Notes: generated by a model from the sequence alone, not told the origin. Shown: positions 39,411-51,405, counted from the stretch's first letter. The stretch: 64,000 nt of DNA from Bispira polyomma (GCA_965649765.1 OZ287761.1:3658001-3722000); one strand, 5' to 3'. Program-made: numbers and translations.

Positions 39411-39866
39411 CTGTGTAAATTATAGTGGACGAAATATAAGAATTTGTAATTCAAGAAATTGTGACAATTTTTGCATTAAAACCTTTGATTTGAACACAAC
39501 ATATTTAATGGTACATCTATTTACGTTTTCTGTGGCCGTAACTTATAGTGGATGGAATAATTATCATCTAATTTATTATTTATGTCTTACTTTTTATTTA
39601 GAAGAATTAGAAATTTATGATATAAATTCCTTACCCAACGAGAAATACTGTCAAAGTGACACCTGCCTGTCATAATAAATGAGAATTATACAAAATGCCG
39701 TCGACCTCTTGCCGACAACCTTGGGTTAAATTTGATTTTTTTTCAGTGTGCATTTAATGTTGAGTGTTGCTGTAAAAGTGATTTTTCCCACTTCATTTCT
39801 AGTGTACACACATAGATACAATTCGGACATATTTCAATATTATGATAAATTTAATAATTTAGTGAC

Positions 39867-40172
39867 CCCAGTTCATTGGTCACCTTCAAAATGTAATTTT
39901 AGAACTTAAATCTGATGTTGAGCTCAGTTTTACAGGTAATCTCTCCCAGTTCATTGGTCACCTTCAGTATGTAATTTTAGAACTTACATCTGATGTTGAG
40001 CTCAGTTTTACAGGTAATCTCTCCCAGTTCATTGGTTGCTTTCAGTATATAAATTTAGATATCTTTGTAAGTTTAACTTACATTTTATGTTAAACGTAGT
40101 TTTACAGGTAATCTCTCCCAGTTCATTGGTTGCCTTCAGTATGTAATATTAGATATCTTTCTAAGTTTAACT
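39867..40172. repeat. Tandem copies (78-95 bp) of the exon 40176 3' end
   Basis: agttttacaggtaatctctcccagttcattggt repeated. Confidence 0.92.
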
Positions 40173-40175
40173 TAC

Positions 40176-40393
40176 GTTTGATGTTAAGTGTAGTTTTACA
40201 GGTAATTTCTCCCAGTTCATTGGTCGCCTTCAGTATGTAATCCCCTGCGTCCTGAGGCTGTACGTTGTATATAACCAGTGTCACCACTCCCTTGTCGTAC
40301 AAGACCTTAAACCTCTGGCTGGGCTTGAGCTGACTGCCATCATGTAACCACACAAACTTGGGTGGTGGGTTGGCAGCAAGCTGGACAATCAGT
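40176..40393 (-). CDS. Ig body (LIVQLAANPPPKFVWLHDG...QDAGDYILKATNELG)
   Basis: tttttcag acceptor, C|gtaagt donor. Confidence 0.92.
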
Positions 40394-40489
40394 CTGAAAA
40401 ATGATAGAAAAATATACAGTAAAACCCCCTTTAAATGTAAATGTGTAAAATGTGTGTATGTTTATAGTCTGAATATCACCTTTATTAAC

Positions 40490-40772
40490 TTTAACAGTTT
40501 ACACCCCAGCCTGGGTTCTTGAACTATTCAATCATTGTTCAGTCCCAGCTCCCTCGGGAAGCATACTAGCCATGCTGCCACATAAGGCCCAGAAAGACTA
40601 AGACCCATTAGCGGCCAGGTACCCATTTTTACACCAGAGTAGAGAGGGACAACTTTGTGTAAAGCCCCTTGTCCAAGGGTACAATCTCCAGGCCTGCAGC
40701 AAGGATCGAACCTGGGCTCTTAAGATCTCAAAGATCCAAAGTCTGACACTCTAACCACTAGGCCACAGAGAC
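40490..40772 (-). mobile_element. tRNA-derived SINE with CORE-like domain
   Basis: gtggcctagtggttagag A box, ggttcgatcc B box, tgtacccttggacaagg...tgtaaaaatgggtacc. Confidence 0.75.
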
Positions 40773-41308
40773 CATAGTAGAACTCTGATAAGTGGAATTA
40801 TCTGTTTATTAGATTTTGTACTCCTCAATAAATTGTTACGCTGGACAATCAAGTCTGGAAAACGATAAGACAATTTATTTAGTTCAGTTTTGGTGGAAGA
40901 GACGAGTGTTAGACATGTTCAAAACTTCTGTAGGTGGACGGCTCTAAAAGTTATATCTGGAAGGAACTGGAGAGAACTGGATAGGTCCATGCTTAATCTG
41001 GACTGGACTGGTGAAAACTAGAGAAAATGTTGCAAATGTTAGGGATAATCTGGTCATAATCTTGTCAGGTCTGGTAAAAACTGGGCATAAACTGGGCCAA
41101 GTAAAGATCTGGGGTAATCGAGTATAAATGTGGCCGAGAACTTGATAGTGTGATCGCCACATTAGCCTTATAAGCATGTTGAGGGATGAATTGTTTTTCC
41201 AAAAACAACTTTGATTTTCGATATACAAACTTAAACTCCTATTCATTATTTTAACTTATTTACGCACATCCACACTTCACACAACCAACACTCATATATA
41301 TGTCTTAC

Positions 41309-41429
41309 TTGGTGGTATTTCCTGGCACCACGTCCCTTACTGGTGAGGGAGCCTTCAGTATTTGAGGTGCCGCTCTGGGAGGTCCCTGTTTCTGGAGCTG
41401 TACCTTACTCTGACTGATTTGAGTTGTCT
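41309..41429 (-). CDS. Linker + Ig start (GPPRAAPQILKAPSPVRDVVPGNTT)
   Basis: ctttcag acceptor, AA|gtaaga donor; phase 1-2. Confidence 0.85.
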
Positions 41430-43041
41430 CTGAAAGTGTGTCCAAAAATAAAAATTTTGAATTTATTGACTGTTAAAAAAAAAAAAATATTTATTGATCT
41501 ATTTTTTATTTATTTGTTTAATTTATCTTTTGGTCATGTTGTAATAGTCGAAATTATTGATGGTAGAAAACCAGCCATATTTATACTGACAAGCACCAAA
41601 CTATGGCAAAGTACCTGACAAACCTTCCCCAACTAAAGGGAAACAGTGGGAGTCAAACACACACTGTCCTCAGAGGTGAAATTTAATTTGAATTTAGTTT
41701 GGGTTTTTACGACACTTTCAACAGCATAGGTCGTATTCACAAAGGACGGATTTCAATGATGGTAGAAACAAAAATATTTTTTAGTACATTATTTGTAAGA
41801 AAGTTTTAGAGTTAAAGATCAAAGATTAAAGTTTGTCCAAAATATATCAAATATTTAACAGGTTGGATATAACCAATAAAAATTAAAATTTAATTTTAAA
41901 ATATAATTTGAGTAAATTTTAATGTGTGATAAAATTGAAATTTTAATACATAAAATTCCCTTTGATGTGGAGAAAAATCTTAGCTCCTCAAAGGTCTTAT
42001 AGCTTGTAAAATCTACCCTGTTAAGTGGAATATCCTGTTTAAGTAGAGGCATTTATCTTGGTTACATGAGGTTTCAACGTAAATGGTATTCAACTGAATA
42101 TAATTTTGGTTTTACTAATTTACTAACGTTAAAAAAAATCTGGCATTTCGCCAACACTATAGTGATCAAAATGGCTACTCACTTGGCCCGCTGGTGGATG
42201 TCATGCGGTAAAGACACAAAATGGTCCCATATACACAAAATATGACACACAAAAACGGAAAAGACAAACTTCTGCAATAAAAAACTTCATGCATCTTCTA
42301 ATAACTGACACAACAAATAAATATTTGGTAAAAAACAACTGGTTCTTTCTGCTGAAACTATAAATAGAAATACAATTATATAAATAGCAATATATAAAAC
42401 ACATACAGGTTACAATGCAAACACTGTTATATACAATTGTATATACTAAACGACAAAATACCTTTCGCAACTAACAAACATGCATACTACACTCGCACAC
42501 ATACTTTCAATAATAATATTCATATGTTGCATTTCTGGTTGTTGTTTTTTATTTGAGTACATATCTCGGTGTATCTTTTTTGTGGTAACTTATGGAATAG
42601 ATAATGAAGTGAAAAACATTGTGACAAAGTTCAGTAAATAACGGTACAAATTTTGGCAGTTAATAATAAAGGAAGGAATCAATTTGTTTTCTGTTTTTGG
42701 TTCACTCGACAATATTTACTTTTTGCAGAATGTATATTTTTTTATGTTTACAATGTCACTTGATATAGTTAATAGTATCATGTACATTTAAATATATTTG
42801 AATTGTAATTGCTGAGAACATTTAAAACAACATGCGTTTTAATAATAAATGCTATCAACTGGTGTAACATGAATGTTAATATCCTTTGAAATAAGATTAC
42901 ACAGAGTCAGTGTGATGCTATGTCACATCTGAGATTCTATCATTAAATCCCACAATGCATTGCAAGGGATGGGGTAGTGGGGTAACAATGAAATCTCTAT
43001 GAAAATCCTGTTGACGTTGCATCACCACATGCAAGACCTAC

Positions 43042-43162
43042 CTTCCAAAATGAGTTCCGCGGAGCACTCAGCCACCCCAACAGGATTACTAGCTCTGCAA
43101 GTAAAGACTCCCGAATCTTCGGGGAAGACCTCCTTAATGAACAAGATGCATTTGTTACCCTC
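43042..43162 (-). CDS. Ig C-half (EGNKCILFIKEVFPEDSGVFTCRASNPVG)
   Basis: Manual translation; tttttcag acceptor, G|gtaggt donor. Confidence 0.9.
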
Positions 43163-43172
43163 CTGAAAAATA

Positions 43173-43380
43173 TAACAACAGAAAGGGGCGGAGGTTAGTT
43201 TTGTAATAACATCAGAAAGGGGCGGAGTTTAGTTTTGTAATAACATCATAAATGGGTGGAGTTTAGTTTTGTAATAACAACAGAAAGGGGTGGAGTTTAG
43301 TTTTGTAATAACAACAGAAAGGGGTGGAGTTTAGTTTGGTAATAACAACAGAAAGGGGTGGAGTTTAGTTTGGTAATAAC
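43173..43380. repeat. 34-bp minisatellite, 6 copies, abutting an acceptor
   Basis: taacaacagaaagggg(c/t)ggagtttagttttgtaa. Confidence 0.95.
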
Positions 43381-43891
43381 CCAGAACATTTATCAACATG
43401 CAAAAGGAGCATTTGATTTAAAGCTATTTGTTTTAAGATATGCTATAATATATGGTGAAACAATTTTGTATACTGCACGTTTCTCTTCAAATCAGAAGCT
43501 CCATTTTCGTCCTCATATACACCTGGGGTCGTATTTTCGACAAAAATTCCAGTTTAAATTTAGACTCCATTTAAATGAGGGCTATGGGTGAAAGTCCTTG
43601 AACATGGAATAAACCGATACTTGTAACTATTCTTTCAACAGAGCTTTTAGGGCTGAATTTAAATACATGTACATACTCAGATTTGACTTAACTTCTCTCT
43701 AGCCGCAGTAATTCCTGGAAATTTTAAACTTTCCACATGTAAAACATGAAGTTTTATACACACATGTAAGAACCTTAAGTTTTGTACCAGCAATAGCTGA
43801 AAGTTTTAGACATCTGTACTAACCTGTAAGTATCAACCTTACCAATGACTGCCTATGAAACCATAAAGTGGGCAGGGCTTATTTGACTTAC

Positions 43892-44085
43892 CTGTAATAT
43901 CTGGAAGTCCTCACTGTGTAGTATCTGATGTCCCTCTCTGTACCACGTCACCTCTGCCTGTCCGTCAAACTCCACTATAAAGTGGGCGGGGTGTCCAGGT
44001 TTGCCTTCAATGTTGTGGATCGGCTTAGAGAAGACTGGGGGTTTCATGGTTTTGTACAGCTCTGGCTCTGGTTCACTGGACAGAG
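43892..44085 (-). CDS. Ig N-half (KPPVFSKPIHNIEGKPGHPAHF...WYREG)
   Basis: cttgtag acceptor, CAG|gtaagt donor. Confidence 0.9.
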
Positions 44086-44313
44086 CTACAAGGTGACATG
44101 TACACACAGGATAATTATTATACATTTTACTGAAGTCTTTTATTACTGTTAGTAAGTTTGGTGATAAAGCTACAAAGTCTCTCACAAAACCAAGAAATCA
44201 ATTTAAACGTATTCTATCCAATTAACGACAAAATAAGGATTCACTTAATTATGCAACAGCCTATTCAGGTAAACAAAGGTTCCACTGTATGTTATTTAGA
44301 ATCCTTTTCTGCG

Positions 44314-45197
44314 TCTTACCATGACCTTCGGGTCTGTTATGACCTTGCGGTGGGTTACGCAAATGTCTTATCTATGACCTTCTGATGGGTTATGACTTTG
44401 AGGTGGGTTATATAAGTGTCTTACCAGTGACCTTCAGGTGGTCTATACAAGCACATTATCTATGACTTTCCTTAAGGTGGGTTAAACAAGTATCTTACCT
44501 ATGACCTTGAGGTGAGTTATACAAGCACATTACCTATGATCTTGAGGTGAGTTATACAAGCACATTACCTATGACCTTGAGGTGAGTTATACAAGCACAT
44601 TACCTATAACCTTGAGGTGAGCTACACAAGTATTGTACTTAACATTTTGAGGTGGATCATACAAATAATTTACCTATGACCTTGAGGTGGGCTATACAGG
44701 TATCGTACCTATGATCTTGAGGTGGATCATACAAATAATTTACCTATGACCTTGAGGTGTGTCATACAAGTGTCCTACCTATAACATTGATGTAGACTGA
44801 ACAAATATCTTACCTTTGACCTTGAGGTGGGGTGGGTTATATACTACAAGTATCTTAGCTATGACCTTTAGGTGGGTTGAATACCCGTATATCTTATCTA
44901 TGACCTTGAGGTGATCTGTAGAAGTATATTACCTAGAGGTGAACTGTTTAAGTATCTTACCTGTGACCTTTAGGTGGGTTATACAAGTATCTCACCTAAA
45001 GTGTGTTACACAAGTATATCTTAACTATGACCTGGAGGTAAGTTATATAAAAGTATCTTACCTATGATCTGGAGGTGGGTTTTATAGAAGTATCTTACCT
45101 ATGACCTTGAGGTGGGTTATACAAGTATCTTACCTAAAGTGGGTTACACAAGTATATCTTACCTATGACCTGGAGGTGGGTTATTTACAAGTATCTT
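44314..45197. repeat. Minisatellite (~35 bp, ~25 units) derived from the exon 45200 donor junction
   Basis: Unit tatcttacctatgaccttgaggtgggttatacaag matches 45192-45226. Confidence 0.93.
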
Positions 45198-45199
45198 AC

Positions 45200-45388
45200 C
45201 TATGACCTTAAGGTGAGCTATACAGGTGACCTCCCCGGCCTGGTTTCTGGCTGTACACTTGTACAATCCCTCGTCCTCGGGGAAAGCCCCGGCCACGTGC
45301 AGGTTGTGTACTCCGTTCTGTGAGAACATCTGGAAGTACTTGGATGGCTTTACCACCTGATTGTTATGGTACCACTGTACGACTGGAT
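45200..45388 (-). CDS. Ig C-part (PVVQWYHNNQ...FPEDEGLYKCTARNQAGEVTCIAHLKVI)
   Basis: ccacag acceptor, G|gtaaga donor. Confidence 0.92.
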
Positions 45389-45424
45389 CTGTGGAAATAG
45401 GCAAGTAATGGAATTTAGCTTTGA

Positions 45425-45647
45425 TTTTGGTTTTTTACATTACATTCACCATTTTAGATCATTTCATGAAGGTCAGATTTAATGGTGGAAGAAACTAGTA
45501 CTGAAGCCACTGTGTAAAAATCACCAACTTATGGCAAGTACCTGACAAACTTTTTCTCACACAAAGGAACGAACAAACAAGATTTAAACCCACATTGTTG
45601 AGAGGCTAGTGATTGTGAAGCAGGCACTTCTAGCCATTAGGCCACCA
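45425..45647 (-). mobile_element. SINE family 1
   Basis: Matches other copies. Confidence 0.85.
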
Positions 45648-46025
45648 TTGGTCTACCGCTAAGCAAGAATGTACAATGTGAATGCTTCGATCTAATCACA
45701 GGCACAACTTGTTAGAGCTGTTGGACAATGTAAAGAAGGTCTATATTCACTAGGGGCGGTATTCACAAAATGGTTAAGCCTGGATTTTGTCTCAGATCTA
45801 GTATACTTTTGTTCTAGATTTAGGACAATGTCTAGACTTTGCCCTTTCATTAAAACCGCCTCAGCTGTTTTTGCAATCTTTACAACAAGACAAAGTCACT
45901 CATTTTCCCTTTGTGCACTTGCTGATCTTTTACAGAAAGTATTGAGCTGTGGGACAATATGCCTATAAAACTAACTAACTAAGCTACCCTTGTTTGAGCT
46001 GAGAAACCTTCACAGATAGTCTTAC

Positions 46026-46157
46026 CTGGGGTTGCGGCGATCTTACAAGAGAAGGTCACTCCCTCGCCCTCATTCACTTGCTGATCTTTGAGAGGAAGTA
46101 CCAACTGCGGTGCTTTCTCCTCCCCAGAGACAGGGGTTTTGGTGACGTCACCTTGGC
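46026..46157 (-). CDS. Ig N-part (KAPQLVLPLKDQQVNEGEGVTFSCKIAATP)
   Basis: tttgtag acceptor, G|gtaaga donor. Confidence 0.9.
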
Positions 46158-46586
46158 CTACAAATAGAAAATGATGGGAATATTACAAGTTGTTAATGTT
46201 GTTACTGTTAAAGTAGGAAGAAGCTTGTGATCAGAGTTCAGTCATAACCAGCAGACGAACGTTAAGGTGGAAAAGCCAGTTGATACAGGTTGATACAGGT
46301 GTCTTTTAAGCATTTTCGTAAAACACTTTTGCGCCTGTAATCTGGGAGACTATTTCATTCAGCAGATGCTGCAACTTTAAATGATTTTGTAAATGTAGAC
46401 ATAAAATGAATTACAATCAGAGAATTTGTAATATTTTATTGGTACAGATTGTCAATTTCATGAGAAGTTTTTGAAAAGTTGCCTGTTTTGACATCTGTGA
46501 TACATGAGCAGTGATCGATTTAATTGTTAGAGTACTGTCAATCAATTAATTTATTATTTGATTAATCAGTGCAGCCTGCTACTGAC

Positions 46587-46752
46587 CTTGTACATTGAGT
46601 TTAGCAGTACACGTGGCCTTTCCTAGCTTGTTGACCACGATACACTCGTAAGCCCCACTGTCCTCTACACGCACCTCGTAGACCAGGAGAGTGAAGTGGT
46701 CCTCCTCCACGATAAACTTCCAGCGTTTACTCTCGTACAGCCTCTTGCCGTT
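46587..46752 (-). CDS. Ig C-half (NGKRLYESKRWKF...EDSGAYECIVVNKLGKATC)
   Basis: Manual translation; ctaacag acceptor, G|gtcagt donor. Confidence 0.9.
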
Positions 46753-47129
46753 CTGTTAGTTAGAAAAACATTATAGTAGAACGGGAGCTCTATTTACTGA
46801 ACAGGCTGGGGGAGCAAGGTGTTATGTTTGGATAATATAGCCTCTTATCATTGTGTTACACAGGAAAGGTTTTATATTTGTATTTAAATTTTAAAATGAC
46901 CGTACTGTTAGTTAGAATAACATTAAAGTAGAACAGGAGCTCTATTAACTGAACGGGTTGGGTGGGGTTTTGTTTGGATAACTGAAGGTTCATAAAATTG
47001 AAGTGGCATTTTAGAATGGTAACTCGTAAAGATTTTTAAAAGATCCTGCAATTGGAAAAATTTATCCTTTTGTAAGATCAATAACTCCCCTCCTGTTAAA
47101 TGGAATTTTAATAGGTGCAGTATATAGAT

Positions 47130-47388
47130 TTGAATTTAGGTCATATCACAATGGCCAGATTTGATAGGGGAAGAAACCACTGACCTACAGCAAGTACCTG
47201 AAGGAACTTTTGGTTGGACCGTATATCATAACAGATAGACAAGATACTAAGTAGAGTACACTACCGACCTATGGCAAGTACCTGACAAACTTTCCGATGT
47301 AAAAGAACAAACAGGATTCAAACCCACATTGGTTAGAGGCCAGTGATTCTGAAGTAGGCACTTCTAACCAATAGGCCACCGTGCCCCC
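47130..47388 (-). mobile_element. SINE family 1 fragments
   Basis: Head at 47388 plus internal domain. Confidence 0.75.
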
Positions 47389-47523
47389 TCTTATAACTAA
47401 GAATGTACAATACGACACTGTATCCACCATAGGACACAAGTCACACTCATTATAAAGCATGCATTTTACTTTAACAAAAATATATTTTAAGGAAATTCAG
47501 CAGTGGGAATCAGTTTTACTTAC

Positions 47524-47660
47524 CTTAGCCCAGTAGACTTCAGGCCTAGGACTTCCACTAATCTGCACATCAAAGGTGGCTGGCTCTCCAATACTGATAT
47601 TCAGGTCGCGCATCTGGACCTTAAACTCAGGAGCACTGTCTCTGACTTTACTGGTGTCTT
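47524..47660 (-). CDS. Ig N-half (SAPEFKVQMRDLNISIGEPATFDVQISGSPRPEVYWAK)
   Basis: Manual translation; ttgcag acceptor, AAG|gtaagt donor. Confidence 0.9.
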
Positions 47661-48453
47661 CTGCAATAATAAGATGTTAGTTTATGCATATTTACAGTAT
47701 CTTTCTGTAATAATTAGAAGTTTATTTATTTGTGTCTTCTGTGATAATTATATGTTAATTTAAGCACAGGTGTCTCTTTTCTGCAATAATTAGTTCTTAA
47801 TTTATGCACATTGGTGTATCCTAAAATAATAATATGTCGCCCCCGGACTAGGTCGGCTTTATATAGAGGCAGCAACTCGATAATCTATTAGTATGGGAGG
47901 GAGCGCAGCAGCAAAATCAGTTACACAATGAACTTTAACTTACAAATGTTAAGCGAACTGCTGAGTTACTGAGTCGCATCTATATTTAGAGGTGAGAAAT
48001 TTGTCAGTATTGATTCTAAAGAAAGGGCAATTGATGTCGTCCCTAGGTTTTTGGGGGGTTTGCTGACTGATGTGATACATAAAAGAATCCTTTATCACTC
48101 TCAGGCTAGATTTACACATCTATGTGTACAACTTGCTTTCTTTCTTTTGACATAACACTGATTCTAATTTGATTCACTTAGCCAATAAAAAAGTAGTTAT
48201 GATATAAAAAAGGTTCAATAACAAAATCCCTGTTATCACGGCATGACCCGTTAACATAAAATTTAAGGGTCAATTCTTAATTTTGGCAGTCATCAATCAT
48301 GCGCAAGATTGAAGGGTTTGTACAACAATGGCTAAGAACGGTGTAAAATTGAAAATATAATATGTCTGCATAGATCTGACCCCCTAGATCTTCAATTTGT
48401 GCATACTTTGTCAAATTTCTACTCAAATTTAAGCACACAGAATCTCTGCTCAC

Positions 48454-48671
48454 CTAGAACAGTCAAGCTGGCCTTGCATTCCGCCATACCAAACTGGTTA
48501 CTGATCTTGACTGCAAACACGCCAGCGTCTTCTGGAAAGACCTCGGGTATCAGCAGGTAGCTCTTGTTGTTAAGTGTGGTGATCTGGAAGTCATGTGACG
48601 GCTGGATCTCCAAGCCTTCACGGAACCACTGTACGTTTGGGTAGGGGAAGCCGGTGAAGTTCACCTCAAGC
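48454..48671 (-). CDS. Ig domain body (LEVNFTGFPYPNVQWFREG...VFPEDAG)
   Basis: ORF track plus cccag acceptor and G|gtgagc donor. Confidence 0.92.
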
Positions 48672-48719
48672 CTGGGCAGATAGACACAGAGAAATTTAAT
48701 TTGAATTAAGTAGTATTTC

Positions 48720-49032
48720 ATCGTTTTGATCAGTTTAAGTTATATCACGATGGCCAGATTGAATGTTGGAAGAAACCAGTGTTGGAAGAATATAGTTGTA
48801 TTTCGAATTTAGTTGGATTTTTACGATGCTTTCAACAACTTAGGTCATATCGCAACGGCCACATTCAATGGTGAAGGACACCAGTGCTGAAGCCACTGTA
48901 AACCACGGACATACGGGCAAGTACCTGACAAACTAGGCCACATGAAGGAAAAAACAGGAATCAAACCCACATTGGTGAGAGAATAGTGATTTTGAAGCAG
49001 GGCGCTTCTAACTACCAGGCCACCGCGGCCCC
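48720..49032 (-). mobile_element. SINE family 1 (full copy plus extra tail)
   Basis: ggggccgcggtggcctggtagttag head. Confidence 0.85.
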
Positions 49033-49228
49033 TCTAAATGTAAGGACACAGGGTAAATTCTAGAATTCACTGGTGACATGGCACGGCTGTATAGAAAATA
49101 GTTCTTCCTACAATCAATGCATTAATGTTTAGTGTTATCCTATAGAAGACTGTTTCAGAGTAATAGGTGCTATAGAAGTTACTACATTATATTTAAATCA
49201 CATCACAACACAAGCATTCACTACTTAC

Positions 49229-49355
49229 TTCACAAGCTGTCCTTCCTTTGCCTTCGTGTTCATCAACGGCTTGTTTAACGTGGGAGGAGCTTGTGACTTG
49301 GCTGACTTGGGAATTCTGGGAACTTCCGTCTTGCGATCGTGTTCAGCTTCAAGAC
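49229..49355 (-). CDS. Linker + Ig start (QAPPTLNKPLMNTKAKEGQLV)
   Basis: tctgtag acceptor, AA|gtaagt donor; phase 1-2. Confidence 0.88.
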
Positions 49356-49581
49356 CTACAGACAAAACAAAATTTAATATTTAAATGAGAGAATACCCGA
49401 CCTATACACAAAACAAAATACTGGCAAAAAACAAGGGAATTCTGGGAACTTTTGTTTGCGATCACGTTCTGCTTCCAGACCTACACACAAAAGAATCATT
49501 AAAAAAAATCATTCTCGAAACCAAGCCAGCATGGTGACAGCAAAAATACTTCCCTACCATCGCTCCATTTAAATTTTTATT

Positions 49582-49810
49582 TGAATTTAGTTGGGTTTTA
49601 CGTAGCTTTCAACAGCTCAGGTCATATCTCGACAGCCAGATACAACAGTAGAAGAAACCAGTACTGAAGCCACTGTGTAAACCACCGACCTGCAGCAAGT
49701 ACCTAACAGACTATACCACTTGAAGGGACGAACAGGATTAAAACTCACATTGGTGAGAGACCAGTGATTGTGAAGTTCATGCTTCTAGTCACTTGGCCAC
49801 CGCTGCCCCT
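49582..49810 (-). mobile_element. SINE family 1
   Basis: Full length. Confidence 0.85.
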
Positions 49811-50062
49811 ACCAGTAAAGTAAATTTGCTCTATTGATTTTTTGACCTGTGAGCCAGTTAGCTCGAATGACCACTTAAAATGGCGGTCGTCTGGAGCTGA
49901 GTTCTATCTGCTGTGTCGGATTAAAGATCCTTGGGGGCGTTGATAAATGGTCATCCTTAAGCCTCGGCGTCAATAGTGGCTGCCCATGAAAAGTGCATTT
50001 GAAATGACCTTATGTTGTATAAGTGTGCCATAACAAATGTCATATTTCATTTCATCACATAC

Positions 50063-50239
50063 CTAACATGTACTTAGCCCTGTCTATATGTACTTCCGAC
50101 GCAATGTGAATGTTGGGTTCGTGGGAGCGTAGCTCTTTGGATGCCTCGGTCTCCTTGAGTTCCGAGTGTCGGAGGTTGATGGCGTGGTAGGCTTCGGTCA
50201 CTTCCTCATCTTTGTACATCAAGGCTTTCTCTTGGCCGG
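50063..50239 (-). CDS. 177-nt unique-sequence exon (GQEKALMYKDEEV...)
   Basis: ttcatcag acceptor, G|gtatgt donor; phase 1-1. Confidence 0.78.
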
Positions 50240-51076
50240 CTGATGAAAGAGGTAGAAACATGAGGAAGTTTAAACATGACTACAGGTACGATTATGTTAC
50301 ACATGGGCCAGTGACTGCCTATGGTCCATAGCTTTCTAAATCACTGCCACCATGTTATGGAATAGTTTCCCAGTTGAACTTACATAACTTGAAACACTTT
50401 CTGGGTTACATCTACAGTTTTTTACTTCTAATTATTTCCCACATCAGCCATAAAAATGTATTAATCTTTCTTGCTATATCACCTTTATTACTTCACTGTA
50501 AAGCAAAGATTTATAACATGGCTTGTAATATTTCTTCATATGTTGGACTTCACATCCTTTATTGTTAGAACATACAATGCTTCTTACTATTATTACTAGT
50601 TTCTTGCTATTATCTGTGAATGTTATTATGTTAACACGATATTTTATTCAAACTAAACAAAAGCCATGATTTGTCCTATTATGAGAAGTTTCAGAGATAT
50701 TTGGACCTACAGGTAAATGTACTAAAAACTTTAAGTGGGAAGTCCTTTACAAAAATACACCCATTCTATTTTTGAAAACCAAAACGAAGTTAATTATTAG
50801 TTATAGCTTGATATTGTTTTCATTCTAAAAAAAGTGCCGCATTCTTAGAAAATATGCAAGGCCTTCATGGATTGGCTGTAATCATCGACCTGTCCGAACT
50901 GAGGGGTGTCAGATTTATTGTTATAAGGCGCAATCTGGAGCCTGAGTATAATATAGTGGCCATATCAACGTCAGTGTATTTCACACTGTGCGCCGATGTT
51001 GACGCCGATGTCAACTCCTGTTTCTAATATACTTTTACCGAGCAGCTTTATTTCTCAGTTGAACTTTTTCAAGCTA

Positions 51077-51262
51077 CAGTAGAACCTCTATTATCCAACC
51101 CTCTATTATCCAAATATTCTATTTTACGGACTAAATTTCACTCTCCCAAACCTGTTTTTTTGCTATATTTCATACTAAAATACCACTTCTATTTTACGGA
51201 GCTTCTATTATCCAAACAAATTTTTACCCTCCCAAGATGTCCATAAAATAGAGGTTCTACTG
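51077..51262. mobile_element. Same MITE family
   Basis: TIRs; reverse complement of 61730-61913. Confidence 0.82.
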
Positions 51263-51405
51263 AAAATGCATTCTTCAGTTTATTTTCATAGGATGGAGTT
51301 ATATATTTAATATTTTTCAAAACTGTGAACGAACTTCCCAGGTTCCACACCCAGTTTATTCCAAGTTTATCCCCACTGTTTTCAAATAATTCTACAGTAC
51401 ACATA

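Noticed and set aside
40920-41140. Degenerate ctgg-periodic tract
   Set aside because: Single occurrence in the window, likely an old repeat interior; no unit or function supportable.
44314-45197. CRISPR-like appearance of ~35-bp periodic repeats
   Set aside because: No unique spacers, eukaryotic intron, and the unit derives from the neighbouring exon junction.
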